Shown piece by piece: positions 1 through 12,714 of a stretch of 64,000 bases of DNA. Source of the stretch: Plasmodiophora brassicae. Lineage: Eukaryota. The stretch spans positions 744,001 to 808,000 of the forward strand of contig CP145419.1 of NCBI GenBank assembly GCA_036867785.1, written 5' to 3'. The position numbers and the translations under genes are program-made. The notes under the pieces are model-generated. The model was given only the letters and a program-made list of their open reading frames with translations. It was not told the origin of the DNA and did no database searches. The stretch's first letter is position 1; the number at the start of each line of letters is the position of its first letter.

Positions 1-165
1 CCGCGTTCGAAACGGTACCCCGCTGTGATTGACGTAGACCGGTACGTTATGCTGTACGTTTGCCATGACCGTTGTGATTCACTGTTCCAGGTTTGCAGCC
101 GACTTGACCGCATCGTTATCGCCGACTGTGTAATTGACGGGAGCTGGGAGCACAAACCGTGCACG

Positions 166-657
166 TTAGCGTTTGAGCCCAAGTGCCTTTGTGGATCTCG
201 ATGTCACGGGTTTGCACTCGGTTTGACGTGGGCAAGCTACCTGTTTATCTGATCCCGGACGCCCAGAATCTTCTTCGACGTCGGCAGCAATGGACGTGTG
301 GAACGGTGCGTGATCAAGAACTCGTCCGATTGCGCCCTTGTCGTAAATCCCGACGGGTCGGTGGTCGTGGTCGACACTGAAATCAGGAAAACGCATGGTA
401 TCGGCGTTTGGGTTCCAAGGTACATCATCGTATCCATTAGCCCGGTGAACGTGTCTCGACGCATTTACTTGACCCTGTATAGTCGGACCGTTCGTTCGCG
501 CCCGCCGTGCCCAGTTGTCCATGGCATCCGTTGCGCAGTCGAGGACTGCAGAACGCCATTCATGGCCCAGGACGGACAAATCGTGTTCGACGACGACAGC
601 GTCGCGCGTCTGACAACTGGCCGCGTCGGATAATGAGTAAACTGGCGCAAGGTCCAA
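166..657 (-). CDS. Hypothetical protein, probably a multi-exon gene continuing past the left edge
   Basis: 163-codon ORF divergent from the DHHC gene; no recognisable domain; boundaries uncertain. Confidence 0.3.
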   Translation of the reverse strand: MDLAPVYSLSDAASCQTRDAVVVEHDLSVLGHEWRSAVLDCATDAMDNWARRARTNGPTIQGQVNASRHVHRANGYDDVPWNPNADTMRFPDFSVDHDHRPVGIYDKGAIGRVLDHAPFHTSIAADVEEDSGRPGSDKQVACPRQTECKPVTSRSTKALGLKR

Positions 658-792
658 GGTGTCTCAGGAACCGTGTTGGCTGCGCCGGCGCCGCCGCGCC
701 TCCAAAAACAACAGCTGGGAACCGCGAGGCTGTGCTTCGCTGGACGGCGTCGTTGATTGCAGTCGCCCAGCAGACGAGGTTCGCGTCGGCGC

Positions 793-2102
793 ATGGGAAT
801 GCTTGCCGTCGGGCGACGGCGACTGTTCCCATGGCCGTCCTGGTTCGTCACATCGGATCCTTGCGGGCTGTTCTGCGCCTTCCTGACCGTCTGCCTGATG
901 GTGTTCGCCCATGTCGTCACTGTGTTCCTGGTCCTGCGCGGATCCCAGGGCCTGCTGTCCGTACATGCAATCCTGTTCACGCTCTGCACCGTTATGGGTT
1001 CGCGGCCGATGTTGCCGGGTGCGTGCGGTCGGCTAACGTTGTGGATGTTGTGCAGCGTTGACGTCGCATTGTCGAGCACAGTTTTCAGATCCCGGCTGTG
1101 TGCCGAAACGATGCGTTCCCGTCAATCCACCGGTTGCTCAAGCGGTTGATGGAAACCGAACGCTTCTTCCCAGTAGTATTCCAGTTGCCAAGAAGGTACG
1201 TTATAACGAGAGCGAGACGGATCACGCGTCCACTAAGGGCATTCGGTAGGCCCTGTTGCCTTCTGTTTGTCGTAAATGCAAGACGGTTAAACCTCGTGGG
1301 ACCCATCACTGTAGTGTCTGTGCGCGATGCATTTCCAAGATGGATCATCATTGGTAGCTTGCGCTGCTGTCGTGCATAAACGCCCTGGTCCAAATGCTTC
1401 CTGTCTCTGTAGTCCATGGATCAACAACTGTGTCGCCGCGTTCAACCAAAAGTACTTCCTGCTGTTCCTGTGCTGGACGGGCGTGATGTGCATATATTCT
1501 GGTTGCGTTATTGGCGTCGGCATCTACAGATGCGCTCAAAGCCTAAATCAGGTCCGTTCGTTTCTGGTTATCGCGTATATTGTGCTTACCACTCCCGTCT
1601 AGTGTTCCGATATATCGGCTGTCGTAGTAGTCTGCTCCATGCTCAACATGTTCGAAGCCGTCCTGTTTGGTATGGTTGTTCCCATGACGATATTTTACGC
1701 GTTCGGCTTACCTGCTTTAGGCTGTTTCGTTTCTGTTATGCTGTGGGACCAGTTGTCGGCCATCTTTGAGAACACGCCCTACATTGACAAACTTCAGGTA
1801 GGTCCTAACATGGGATTAGTGACATCGCGGAAGTCTGATTTATTCGGCAGGGGATCAAAGGTAACACCACCCATCTTGGCCGTATGGCGCTTCTTACGGA
1901 AGTATTCGGTGAGCGACTCTCGTGGCGGTGGTTCGTACCAGTTTCGCTGCCCAGAAGAGGTTCGCTCCATCGCATTCCGTCACGTATCACCTGTTCTCAT
2001 TCAATGACAGTCCAAGACGACTTCTACAATACGTGCGACGCATACAGCCAAGGCCGTCTCGATAACGCGCATGATCCAGACGCCAGCGATGACGACTCAT
2101 AG
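793..2102 (+). CDS. DHHC palmitoyltransferase (ZDHHC3/7-like), multi-exon
   Basis: N-terminal TM segments after DPCG; DPGCVP motif; MDHHC split by a GT-AG intron then [25 protein letters not shown] (TTxE-like) and EVFG...WFVP motifs; stop at 2102. Confidence 0.9.
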
Positions 2103-2913
2103 CCTTCCACCCAGTAATATACCTACCCGGTCCAAATGTACGTTCTGCAAACAACGGTGCCTGCCGTGCGAAGCAGGCCCTGTCCTCGACGCTGCCGTTG
2201 ATCGCGGCATTCCTGCCTCGGATGCCCAATTCCGTATGTCCCTCGATGCCCTGCCAATCCGTTAATCCGCCATGGCTACGCGGCACCCTGTATCGATACG
2301 CGCGGCACGGTCCACGATTGCATCGCGTCACCTTGGGCGTCTCCCACTTTTGCCGAGTACCAGGGCACCCTGAATCCGGGCTCCCGGTCGGAGCTCTTGT
2401 TCGTCGTGCTCACGTCGGCACTCGCCAGAGCGGGAAACGGGACGCGGCGACGTCTACTGCACACGCGAACGGAATCGCCGACTGCACATGCGGACGGAAC
2501 CGCGACCGTGTGTGCACATACTGGGGGGAAGGGCAGTCGTCACCATACTTTCGCTGGTTTCGTGAACCTTGCCAGCCATATCATATGTCTCAAGGGCCAT
2601 GGCGATCTGCATGCCGAAAGTGTAACGGACTACCCTCGCGGCAGGCCAACTATGGACCGTAGGTACCTGGACAAATGGCAATACGCAGACCGTTCGGCTT
2701 CTCTCGGCGCGGCTTCTCGTTTGGCGCCATTTTCTTGCTCTCGTTGTACCTTTGTGTATGTATAGTAGACCTATGGCGACAATCGCCGGTCATGTCATCC
2801 GCACAAAGATGGCATTGACCATAGAACGGCGTCGTCGGCCAGTTGCAGCCGTGCCCAAAAAGGGCTGGCCTCGTCGCGGGTAGACGACCAGTTGCCATCA
2901 CTCGGGAATTGTG

Positions 2914-4251
2914 ATGCGGAGTGTAGCTCGATGCCGTGTGCAGGTCGGGCGATGCAATTCACGGTGGGCGTCGTCCAAGGTGTTTGATCGGGGTTGAGTG
3001 CACCGCGCTGCCGTTCGTGTATGCGATGGTCGTTTGTGACACGATGTCGTCAGCGATCAAGCGCATGCAGATGGAGCGGGCCGAATCCGGCGGCCAGTAC
3101 GATTACCTGCGCGATGAGGTCGCGCGACGTCTGGTTGATCGTATCAAGGCAGGCTGTATTGCCTGTTTATAGTGCCAACTGATGGTCATCGACCGAATTG
3201 CTCAGGATATCAAACGATCGTTTCCAACGTGCGTCGACCTGGGATGTGGTTTCGGCCACATTGCAAAGCATATCGGTGGCGTAGGTGAGGTTCAGAACTT
3301 GGTCCAGGTTGACAACACGCTCCGTGTGGTTCAGCATAACCGCGAATCTCAGCCAGAGCGCATTGAAAACGGTCTGCGCTGGGATAACCTCATGTGTGGT
3401 CCCCTCTAAATGAAGCGCCAGGCCCCAAGCTGCATCACATCTGTGCCGATGAGGAGTTCCTTCCGTTTCAGCCGGCGTCAGTTGACATGGTTTTATCGTC
3501 ACTGTCACTGCACTGGGTCAATGAGTTGGAGTCCACGCTAGCGCAAGTTCGCCAGTGTCTGAAACCGGATGGGGCGTTTCTTGGGGCCATTCTAGGGGGT
3601 AAAACTTTGCAAGAATTACGATCTGCTTTCGCTATTGCTGATCAAGAACGGACCGGCGGTGTTAGCCCCCACATTTCGCGTACTGTCGCAATGCGTTGTT
3701 GAGATAATGATGTTCCCTGACCCCTACTTCTATCAGCGATGATCAGTCCAAGTGACGCTGGAGCCCTTCTTCAGCATGCTGGGTTTGTTCTCCCAACGAT
3801 CGACACTGACGTAAGACTACTTCTCGTAATGTTGCCTCACCGATCTCTCATCGTATATCGGTGTCGTAGATTATCGTTTGCCAGTATCCAGAGTAGGCTC
3901 GTCCCAGAAGCGGGCATTTGCGGTACATCTTACCAGCGTTTCGTACAGCATGTTCACCCTGATGGAACATCTTGAGGCGATGGGTGCAAATAATTGCGCT
4001 GTGTCAAGGCGACCGTTCGTGTCAAGGGACGTGTTCACTGCGGCCGCTTCCGCTTACAATGCCCTGTATACGGATAACGAAGGACTCGTCCGAGCAACAT
4101 TTCAGGTACGTCTCATAGCAGCACGGCGAATCGTTGCTGATTAGCATTCTAGGTTGTTTACATGATCGGGTGGGCCCCAGATGACACGAAGCAACCGCAG
4201 CCGTTGAGAAGAGGCAGCGCAAAGGCATCTCTAAAAGATCTCGCTGAATGA
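2914..4251 (+). CDS. NDUFAF5: Mitochondrial complex I assembly factor NDUFAF5 (SAM-dependent methyltransferase fold), multi-exon
   Basis: Presequence-like MRSVARCR...VFDR; YDYLRDEVARRLVDR; DLGCGFG; ADEEFLPF; SSLSLHWVN; LKPDGAFLGAILGGKTLQELR; ATFQ-VYMIGWAP...QPLRRGSAKASLKDL. Confidence 0.93.
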
Positions 4252-4468
4252 CTATTTCTTGTTCTCGATCCGTGTAAACGTGCTATCTGTCGTGGCCAAA
4301 GCGGCACCGCCTACGATGACGCTCGATTTCGAGACAGGCAGCGTGTGACTGTCAATAGGCAGATATCTGCCTGTGTTGGACTGTGTGGCCTACGTTTCGG
4401 GGCTTTCAGTCGATGCATACAACGTACCTTCGTCGACCACAGATTCAATCCGACCACAACCGAAGACG

Positions 4469-6351
4469 ATGCATCGCTTCCTGATCTTTGTCCTGATCGC
4501 CATCGCTGCCAGTGTTGACCACGAGATACCGGACCTGTCAGAGGAGACGTTCCAGGTACGGACAATGCACACCGGAACCTGATCCGTCCATTAACATCGT
4601 TACACACAGGACCATCATCCTTGGAGATCAATCTTCGCGAAGAAGGAACAGTTAGATCCTGCCCTCGTATTCTCGGTTCGAGTCGGGCTTCAGAACGCCA
4701 TCTCAACTCAATGCATTGTAAGTCGTCACCCAGGTGACCTTGTGACTTCTCGTACTGAAACATTATTCACAGCACGCACAAGACATCGAAGCCGTTCGCA
4801 TTGTGCGATCGATGTCAAGCCCAACGCTGCACAAGATCGCGACCGTATGGATGACGTTCCTGGCGTTCCGTGCGATCGAATTACAAGCGATAATTGCAGA
4901 TGGCATGGACGACGTCCCGCCTCGGCATCCTCTTTACGCTTGGTATCATCGTTACGCAACCGCCGACATTCGTCCAACGTGGCGCTCCTTACGAAACCCG
5001 AACCCTCGTTATAACATCACGTCCCGCGGCGTTCCCTGCCTTGACGACTCCTCCAGTGCCAACCCATGCTTGCAATTTGCCAGCTGGAAACGGCTGCCGC
5101 CTGCAGCTGCCGAGTTTCATGCGGCCGCGCCTTGGGAGACTCTTCGTCGCTCTCGTACGCTTTCTGGGTCAATCTACATCGAGGTATGAACTGGTTAGTT
5201 CGGGTAAACAGCGTTCGGTGTCGTTAAGCGACCTGGTGGCCTATGTAGATCCTCGAGGACCTAGATTTGTTGCAGCGCGAGTACGACACGATGACGCGGT
5301 ACCGCCGCAACGATACCACCGGAATGCTGAGGATGATGCGGCAGGCCTTTGTTGATGAATACTGCATTGACACCTCCGCTGGCCTTGTACGTGCTGCCAG
5401 CACAACACAGATGATCAAGAGAGACTCTATTCACTGGAAACAGGTATTGTATGCCAGAGACTGTTTCTGTCCGCGACAGTACCGTTTCTAAACCGACTAC
5501 ACAGCTTATCTCTCCTGTGCTCGAGGGTATCGGGTCAATCGTCGGCGTAGTAGCATCGATCGTCACGTTCGGTGCAGCAATTTCGATCGTGGTTGCTGCT
5601 CAAATCTTCCAAATCACGAACCACATCGTTCAACGACGCAGGCTGGAACGGGATGATGTAAGGGTTACGCAGAGAGGCCCGCGCGCTTGGCTGACTTGCG
5701 CAGGCACACCGTATGCTGGTTGAAGTTGTTGCCCAGAGGCTGTATCATCCACAGCTTTATGGTCATTTGTACCATCGGTTCATGCCGTCCACCGAATGCG
5801 ACGACACGCGTTCAAGGGCGTTCAGGAAATTCCAAGATACCGCCCGACACATCGCCGACGTCTCGGTCGGCACTGACTTGCACAACTGCCCAGGTAGGGA
5901 ATTCAGCCCGCCATTGGCGATGCCATTACTTACTACGACATCGTTGCCTTGTTCAGGCCGTTTCTCGTACACCATGAAGATGATGTCATGGGCCTTTGCC
6001 AGCGTCGAGGAGATCCGAGCACAGTATAACCCGAAATGCTATTACTGGGTCGTGCCACCGGACACGCCCCGCGCCAAATCGGCACCGAACCCGGTCCCAC
6101 CGAACGAACAGTTGACGCTTTCCGATCCCTTCCAGTCGAAGGGCAAATTCCATCAGACCATGGCTTCGCTGTCGTTCTTGCTTGACTACGTTTCCAATTC
6201 GGTATGGCACTCACGTTGCGATGGCGACATACTTCTAACGTTTGTGCATCAGTACGAGTACGTCAAAGTCCTGGGAAAGCGGAGGCTTGAGACTAGAGCG
6301 GTGCCTGAGATGCGTCCGAACAACGGCAGGGCAGACACTGGCACGTACTGA
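4469..6351 (+). CDS. Putative secreted or membrane protein of unknown function, multi-exon
   Basis: Signal peptide MHRFLIFVLIAIAAS; exons joined by short GT-AG introns; internal hydrophobic stretch GIGSIVGVVASIVTFGAAISIVVAAQ. Confidence 0.6.
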
Positions 6352-6505
6352 TGCAACGTCGTGTACGCGGACGGGGTTCCTGACGATACAACACCTATGC
6401 AGAGTGGGTCCCGGCCCATCATCATTGTGTTAGAATAGCGACTTCCTTCTCCTGCCGTGTATTCTATGGTGAATGACTGAGTCGAAGACAGCAAGTCGTC
6501 CGTGT

Positions 6506-7947
6506 TCAGCGGTGACGCCGCCCAGGCGGTGCACCTCGTCCGAATCCGTAGCCACCGGAGCGCGATGGCATGGCCGCTGGTCGCCTGTCCTCGACGTCAA
6601 CGTCCTTGGTGGACGCCTTCTTGTTGTGCACGTCCAGAATGCGCTGGGACAGCTTCGGACTCTTCAGCGTTGAATCGACGCCGCATGCCGGCGCGTTCCC
6701 CGACACCTGGATCCGTTCAACGAACTGTGTGCAATCCCGTCAGGCTCGTCGGCACTACGATGCGTTGGCCAGACCTACGCTCTTCATCTCCGAGTTGTTG
6801 GCGAACACGCGCAGTAATTCAGACAGGAGGTCTTGGACGGGTTCCAGCCTGGCGAGAGTCAAGACATGCCGGGGCACCATTCGGCAAGCAGGTACACCGA
6901 CCTGAAGTTGCCCATGCTCTTTGTGATTAGCATTGTCGGCATTGAGTCGCCGAACGTCGTGACAACCTGGCGAGCGATGTCGGCCTCGACTGTTGGATAT
7001 GGACTCTGCAATGTACACTCCAAGAGCCAAGTCGTCTACATCGCTGTCAGGAGGGTATAGAAACATAGGAGCCCGGGGAATTCAAACCTCCTCCAGCAGG
7101 CGGCCCTCGACAAGCATTCCTAGACAGTCGTTGACAATCTCTGACGGGGGATAAAAGCCCAGGCGGAGCATCTTGTCCAGCAACGTAATTGCCAGAGACG
7201 TGCTGCGATTAGTGACATGCTGCCGAACGCCGGACGTGTCAGCTCCGAAATACCCTCGCGATTACATACTACGCTTACAGCTGAGAGGACGGAACAGAAC
7301 GCGGTCTGATCAGGCGGGACACCTAACACGTCGTGGTCAATGACATCCGAAGGAGGATTCGACAAAGACACCCGGCGCACCTGTGCCGGTCATCTGCGAC
7401 AGAATCTTGCGGCATTGCTTTTCTTGATCCTGATGCGTCGCAAGCGACTCTAACGCCACGTTGTACGTAGCAAGATCGCATACTACGCCCACCCTCCTAC
7501 AGCGACAATCTCAGTCGTGGCTCGCAGACACGTTGGTTGCAGAGCCGACCGCATCTCATTGAGCGTCGAGACGACGGTCCTCGCGTCACCGCGTTTCGAG
7601 TAAAATTCGACTTTCAGGCGGTAGTCGACTGGACAGTAGCCGTACTCAGTGCTCAACGCCTTGAATTCGTCTTCGAACGCGCGCGGCCCCTGGCACAACT
7701 CGGGCTGCTTGGCGTACTGCCTCAACGTCCAGAACTTGGACAGCATCTTGGCGCGATCGGCTAACGCGGACCATCGTCAGCCACACCGTTCGCCAGACAC
7801 GGAACCCGCGCGACCCCCCGTACGCGCTAGGCGACTATCGCCGGAGTCGTACATCATGGCGCCAGCACCTCCCGGGACGCGCGACACTTCGGCCATGGCC
7901 GCCGAGCTGAACGCCCGGACGCGGACGCCGCGCAGCATCGTCATCAT
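6506..7947 (-). CDS. Probable mitochondrial PPR-like helical repeat protein, multi-exon
   Basis: Presequence-like MMTMLRGVRVRAFSS; PPR-like segments YRLKVEFYSKRGDARTVVSTLNEMR and ATYNVALESLA...ILSQM; exon structure approximate. Confidence 0.55.
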
Positions 7948-8266
7948 GCGCACGACGGACATGTCGGTGACGTCGTTCGCAAACCCAATGGCAGCTGCTG
8001 CTGTTGCAACCTGCGGCCGCCACGGGGTCCGCCGCCGTCCGCCCCAACGGGGCAGCCCCCGTCCGCACGGCCATGTCCGCGTACCAAAAAAATAGGCAGC
8101 CGCGCACAAACCGGACGAACCCGGTTTTGCGTGCGACGCACTGCGCAGACGGCCGGCCGATTGTCCGTGCGGGGGACCCTGTTTCATTCGACGATGCGGG
8201 TCGCCGCGGATATTTGGATCGATTTCGCGGGTCGCAGGGCAAAACGTACCAGGGGGGGCAGGTCGG

Positions 8267-8918
8267 ATGGCGGAGGCGGCAGCGGCGGCGAAGCGTGGGA
8301 CCGACCCGGTGGCGCGCAACGCCGTCTGGTCGGAGCATATCCGACGCGAGCTGGCCACGCAGAAAATCAACACGACGTTCACGATCAACGCGTCCAAGAG
8401 TACGCGCGACGTCTGGGTAGAGCGGGGCGCTGCGCTTCTCACCCCGCCGTGTGCTGGCAGTGTCCGTCATTACGCCGAAGCCGAACACGCAGGTTCCGGA
8501 AGGCAGACGCGCCGAGAACCTCGATAACGACCCAGTTGCGCGTAAGGATCGCCAGTACCCTGGTATCGCAGTCGAGTCACTCGCGATGCACTCAGAGCAG
8601 GTTCGCGATGGTTTACGCCGAGCAGACCTTCCGCCGATGCGGCGCCTTCCTCAGGGCCCGCAAACCACATCGCAGGAATACGGCTGGGATCGCCGTCTGG
8701 TACGAACGGCGGGGATGTTGCGATGTGCCCCTGCCCCTGATGCTCCTCCTCGCGTGCAGTCTTCCGAAGTTAAGCGCTCGTCGCCGATGCTGACGAGCCG
8801 GTTCAACCGGCCACGACAGACGTGTCCGATAACGAGCTATGCGGAGCGGTACATCGTCTCCAACGGCAAGAGCCCGTTCGCACGGCCCGACCACCAGACC
8901 GCTGCCAAGCCCAAATGA
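8267..8918 (+). CDS. CFAP144: FAM183/CFAP144 family ciliary microtubule inner protein
   Basis: DPVARNAVWSEHIRRELATQKINTTFTIN, ITPKP, PQTTSQEYGW, CPITSYAERY...KSPF match the FAM183 pattern; short introns. Confidence 0.8.
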
Positions 8919-8972
8919 CGTCGCGGCATGCCTCCACAGCCATGGTTTGATCAGTGTATACATACGCGAGGG

Positions 8973-9827
8973 CTATACGGTGCAATTGCGGGCGTCGGGG
9001 CAGAACCGGGCAGTCGCTTTGTCGGTGGCGCCGCCGCCCAACGTGAAGTTCCTGTCGACTCGCGTCCTGCCGTCCAGTCGGAATCGGGCGTTCAGCAGGC
9101 CATTAGGCGCGTTCGCCGCCAGCAACTGTCGCGTGGGGACGGGCATGAACAGGACGCGATCGGGGATGTTCCCGTTGCTTCGGAACGTGCTCAGGGCGGT
9201 CGTCCCCATGCCGAACTCGAACTCGAACGGGGCCGACCTCGTCGTATCGCCGACGTCGACGCACAGGACAAGGACGCTGTCGTCGGTGACGGTGACGACC
9301 CGGCCGGTATCGTCCGACCCGTCGTTGCTGAGGTCGCCACAAGTCACCGACGACTGGTTGCCGGAGAACACCAATCGCGAGCGCAGTGCAGGCGGGTTGA
9401 CGATGAACGGGATCGCCGCCACCACCGTGCTGTCGGCAACGATCTGCGCCACGAGCGTGCGATCCCTGAACCGGTTGTAGAGCGCCGGTGCCGAGAAGCT
9501 CCCAACCAGGCAGGACGTCTGCGCCGGGAACGAATGGTCGTGCCAGGCCCAGACCGGGTCGGCATCGCGTCCGACCGGGGCCATCTGGATCGTGATGCGC
9601 GTGTCTGGTGAGATCCCATGGACATGCGCCATGATCCAGACGAAGCTGGACGCCTGGCACTGCACGACGCCAGACGCGTCCGGCGGCGAAGCGTCGCTGG
9701 GCGTATGGCAGGATGCAATGTCGGGCGTTTCGGTCAATGTCGTGAAGACGTGGGTCTGCGATACGTGTAGGGCGTGCGTGCCGGCCGCCAGCAGCAGCAG
9801 CAGTAGCCGCAGGGCGACAACGATCAT
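8973..9827 (-). CDS. Intronless secreted protein, beta-rich with several Cys
   Basis: Signal peptide MIVVALRLLLLLLAAGTHA; 284-aa single ORF. Confidence 0.75.
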   Translation of the reverse strand: MIVVALRLLLLLLAAGTHALHVSQTHVFTTLTETPDIASCHTPSDASPPDASGVVQCQASSFVWIMAHVHGISPDTRITIQMAPVGRDADPVWAWHDHSFPAQTSCLVGSFSAPALYNRFRDRTLVAQIVADSTVVAAIPFIVNPPALRSRLVFSGNQSSVTCGDLSNDGSDDTGRVVTVTDDSVLVLCVDVGDTTRSAPFEFEFGMGTTALSTFRSNGNIPDRVLFMPVPTRQLLAANAPNGLLNARFRLDGRTRVDRNFTLGGGATDKATARFCPDARNCTV

Positions 9828-10058
9828 TCGTTGTCCTACGCGTCCTGCGATAATAGAATGGTGACGATCTGGTATCTGCAACAGTGTGACTCATGCTCGA
9901 CGTCGACGATGCGTCATTCCGGACGGAACACGACGCGAGGACAGCGATCGAATACAGGTGGGTATCGTACATCGGTCCAGTGCCCAGTGAGCCATGGGCG
10001 AGAATCGCTGACGATGGTTTATTGATATCCGGGCAGCAACGGTCACTAGAGCGGCGCT

Positions 10059-10898
10059 CTAGACGGGGCTGACCTGGTCGAGCGGGATGTTATGGGCTAT
10101 GGCCCAATCGCGGTCCAGCAGCTTCTGGTAGTACGACCACATGACGTACCTGCAGGGCGTTGCCGCCTCGGTCAGACCTCGTGACGACGACAACGAGTGC
10201 CAGAGTCGCGCCGAGACCACCAACCAGTAGTATACGTTGACGGCGAGTTGGACCAGGGCGACGGGTAGCATTGTGCTGACGACCAGGCTGACGACCAGGT
10301 TCAGAACGATCTGCAGGCCACTAAGGATGATGGTGATGAACCCGGCCCGGCTCGACTTCTTGTACACCGCCGTCAGACATGCCGCGCCGAACACGATCAT
10401 TTCGAGGTACGGCAGCAGCTGCACAACAGCGCTTGCAGGACTCTGCCCACCTGGCGACTTGGCGTCAAACACGATCAAGAGGATCGTGCCGAGAACGCCA
10501 GCAATGGTGTTGACCCATCCGAAGCACAGCATCCCCGTTGGCAACCCGCACTGAGAAGATCCGACCCGATTAAAGCGTTGCCTAGCAGCAGCACACACAC
10601 ACACACGCGCGTGTGCATACCGGGCAGCAGCAGCACGGTATGCCTGGCAAGGTTTGGGGCCGTCAGTTCAGCTTGTAGTACCGCAGGTGAACGGTAGTCG
10701 CTGCCTACAGAAGCACCGGTTCGTGGGTTCGCAGCCCGGTTGGGGTCGCGTCTGAACGGCGGCCTGCCTCTCGGCAGGGTACGCGCCTGGCCTGTTCGGC
10801 GCAGGTGCGACCTGGGCGGGATTATGGGGCGCTGGAGACGGGTCATTCGCCACTGCTGCCGCCGGTCGATCCAGGGGCGCCACTTGGTCCGCCTGCAT
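10059..10898 (-). CDS. Four-TM membrane protein with Cys-rich N-terminus (LAPTM-like), multi-exon
   Basis: Pro-rich N-terminus, CFC/CCCCP cluster, four hydrophobic helices, YVMWSYYQKL C-terminal motif. Confidence 0.6.
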
Positions 10899-11330
10899 GT
10901 CGCCGCCAACTTCAGAAATTCCCGGCAGGGCCGGACCGTCACACAGCTGGGGATCAGCGGCAACAGAGTCCAGACCGGGGAGCCACCCGGGTACAAAGAA
11001 CAGCAGTCGGCCTAGGGCCGCGCGCGTAAACGACACCAGGCCTGTCCACCAGGTTTCCGTACCGGCGTACCATACTGTCGAGCGCGGGGCGAGGCGATCC
11101 CCGCTCAGGGCATCGCGGCCCCCACTGGGGAACGACGGACAGGACGGCTCCGTTGATTGACCGACAGGTTCCTCGCGTCCACCCGATGGTCAGCTATCGG
11201 CCATGTGGTTGAACGATCAGGTCCTGGCCAAGGGCAACGCTAACTGTCCGGCGTGTTATGCATATAAGGTACTGAAGCGGCGATATATCCCATCTAAGGG
11301 TGCCCATCCCGCTTGCCGGAGGGGTTCATT

Positions 11331-12477
11331 TCAAACAGCTCTGGGTGTTGGTTGATATGTGTTTGCCCAGCAACCGTCCGGTCGGCAGACGGTCACGCGT
11401 ACTCTAACCGGGCACGTCGCCGAGACGGACACGGGCACCTTCCGCGGAGGCACCTGGACCTGTTTCCTGTGCAGCCTGGTGGCCCGCCGCCAGGCGAGCA
11501 ACGCTTTGCAGGACAACGCATGGGCCCAATGGAGCAGGGCACGTCTGGTCTGGGCTCTGGCTTGAACGCGCCGCTGCCAAACATGGAAACCGGCGCGTAA
11601 CTCTCGCAGACGAACCATGGCGTTGTACCAGCCCAGCAGCACAACACGCTGTCGACGCTCGCGACACCATTCCTGACATTGTCGCCGGACAGTGACCGCC
11701 TGGACGAGACGCCGCCGCCAGGTAACAAAGACGCGACGTCGAAGGGACCGGTGGTAGAACGCGGCCACGAGGTGGCGAACCTGGCGGGTCCTGGCGAGCC
11801 ACCATCGCAGAGCGCGCGATAGCTGCCGCGACGCATGCCGTTCGCGAACGACTTGCTCACGACGCCAACGCTGGAACTGGACGAGGCGGACGGCTGCCGC
11901 CATGCGATGCAGGACGCGGCGGCGCCGGAAGGCGCCCGCCTGTGCCTCGAGGGCGCATTGCCGAGCAGCGGCGATCCAGTCGTCCAATCGCTTCCGCGCT
12001 GCACGCCTGGCGACGGCCGCCTCGGCCACGAAGTCGGACGCGTTCGTCGCCGCCGACGACGTCATCGCGACGGCGTGCCCCAGCGACGCGTGGTGCCTGC
12101 CGTTGCCCAGATATTTTCTGCATGAGACGAATCACTTCGCGGAAGACACGGCGCCACGCACCCGGACACACGCAGCGGCCGCCTCTTTAGCTCAGTTGGC
12201 AGAGCATCCGCTTCGTAAGCGGGAGGTCGTGGGTTCGATCCCCATTGGAGGCATACGCGCGCGCAGCAACCTGTTTTGCCCCGAGGTTCTGTGCGGTTCG
12301 GCCGCGGCGCGGAACACCGGAAGCGCGACGACATCGGGACCCGGCCGGGTGATGATCCTCCCGACCGCATTGCCGTCCCGGGTTGCCGTTCTCCGGTTCG
12401 CGCCCGGGACTTGGTCCTACGCTCCTCTCCGTAGGACGAATTCGATAGGGCGTCGACACGTATCGTCCACGATGCAT
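11331..12477 (-). CDS. Sfi1-like centrin-binding repeat protein, multi-exon
   Basis: Periodic motifs ALRWW, RRVFVTWRR, VVLLGWY, GFHVWQ, KALLAWRR; in-frame splicing MHRGRY|DQVP...GQNR|KYLG. Confidence 0.65.
12181..12253 (+). tRNA. trnT-CGT: tRNA-Thr(CGT)
   Basis: Cloverleaf: GCCTCTT/TGGAGGC acceptor, GCTC/GAGC D-stem, TCCGC-TT CGT AA-GCGGG anticodon arm, GTGGG-TTCGATC-CCCAT T-arm; A and B boxes present. Confidence 0.95.
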
Positions 12478-12714
12478 TATTGACTGCGTCGACAAGGGCA
12501 ACCAGCAGCGGTACGGCACACAGGCAGCGAGTTGGGGCCGCAACAGTCGATAGTGGATCAGTGTATTATGTGCATGAAGCAGGCAACGGGGTCGGTACAT
12601 GCGGCAATGGTTCCGAAGGTTTGACATGGACCGGCGCCACGCCTTGACACTGGGAAGGCATCCGTCGACGCCCCGTTTCCATCACCTATAAGGTAGTTCA
12701 GTCATGGGGATCAA

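Noticed and set aside
2100-2898. Minus-strand gene with its ATG only 15 bp from the NDUFAF5 ATG
   Set aside because: Splice-like signals suggest a gene, but I could not fix a consistent start or recognise the product.
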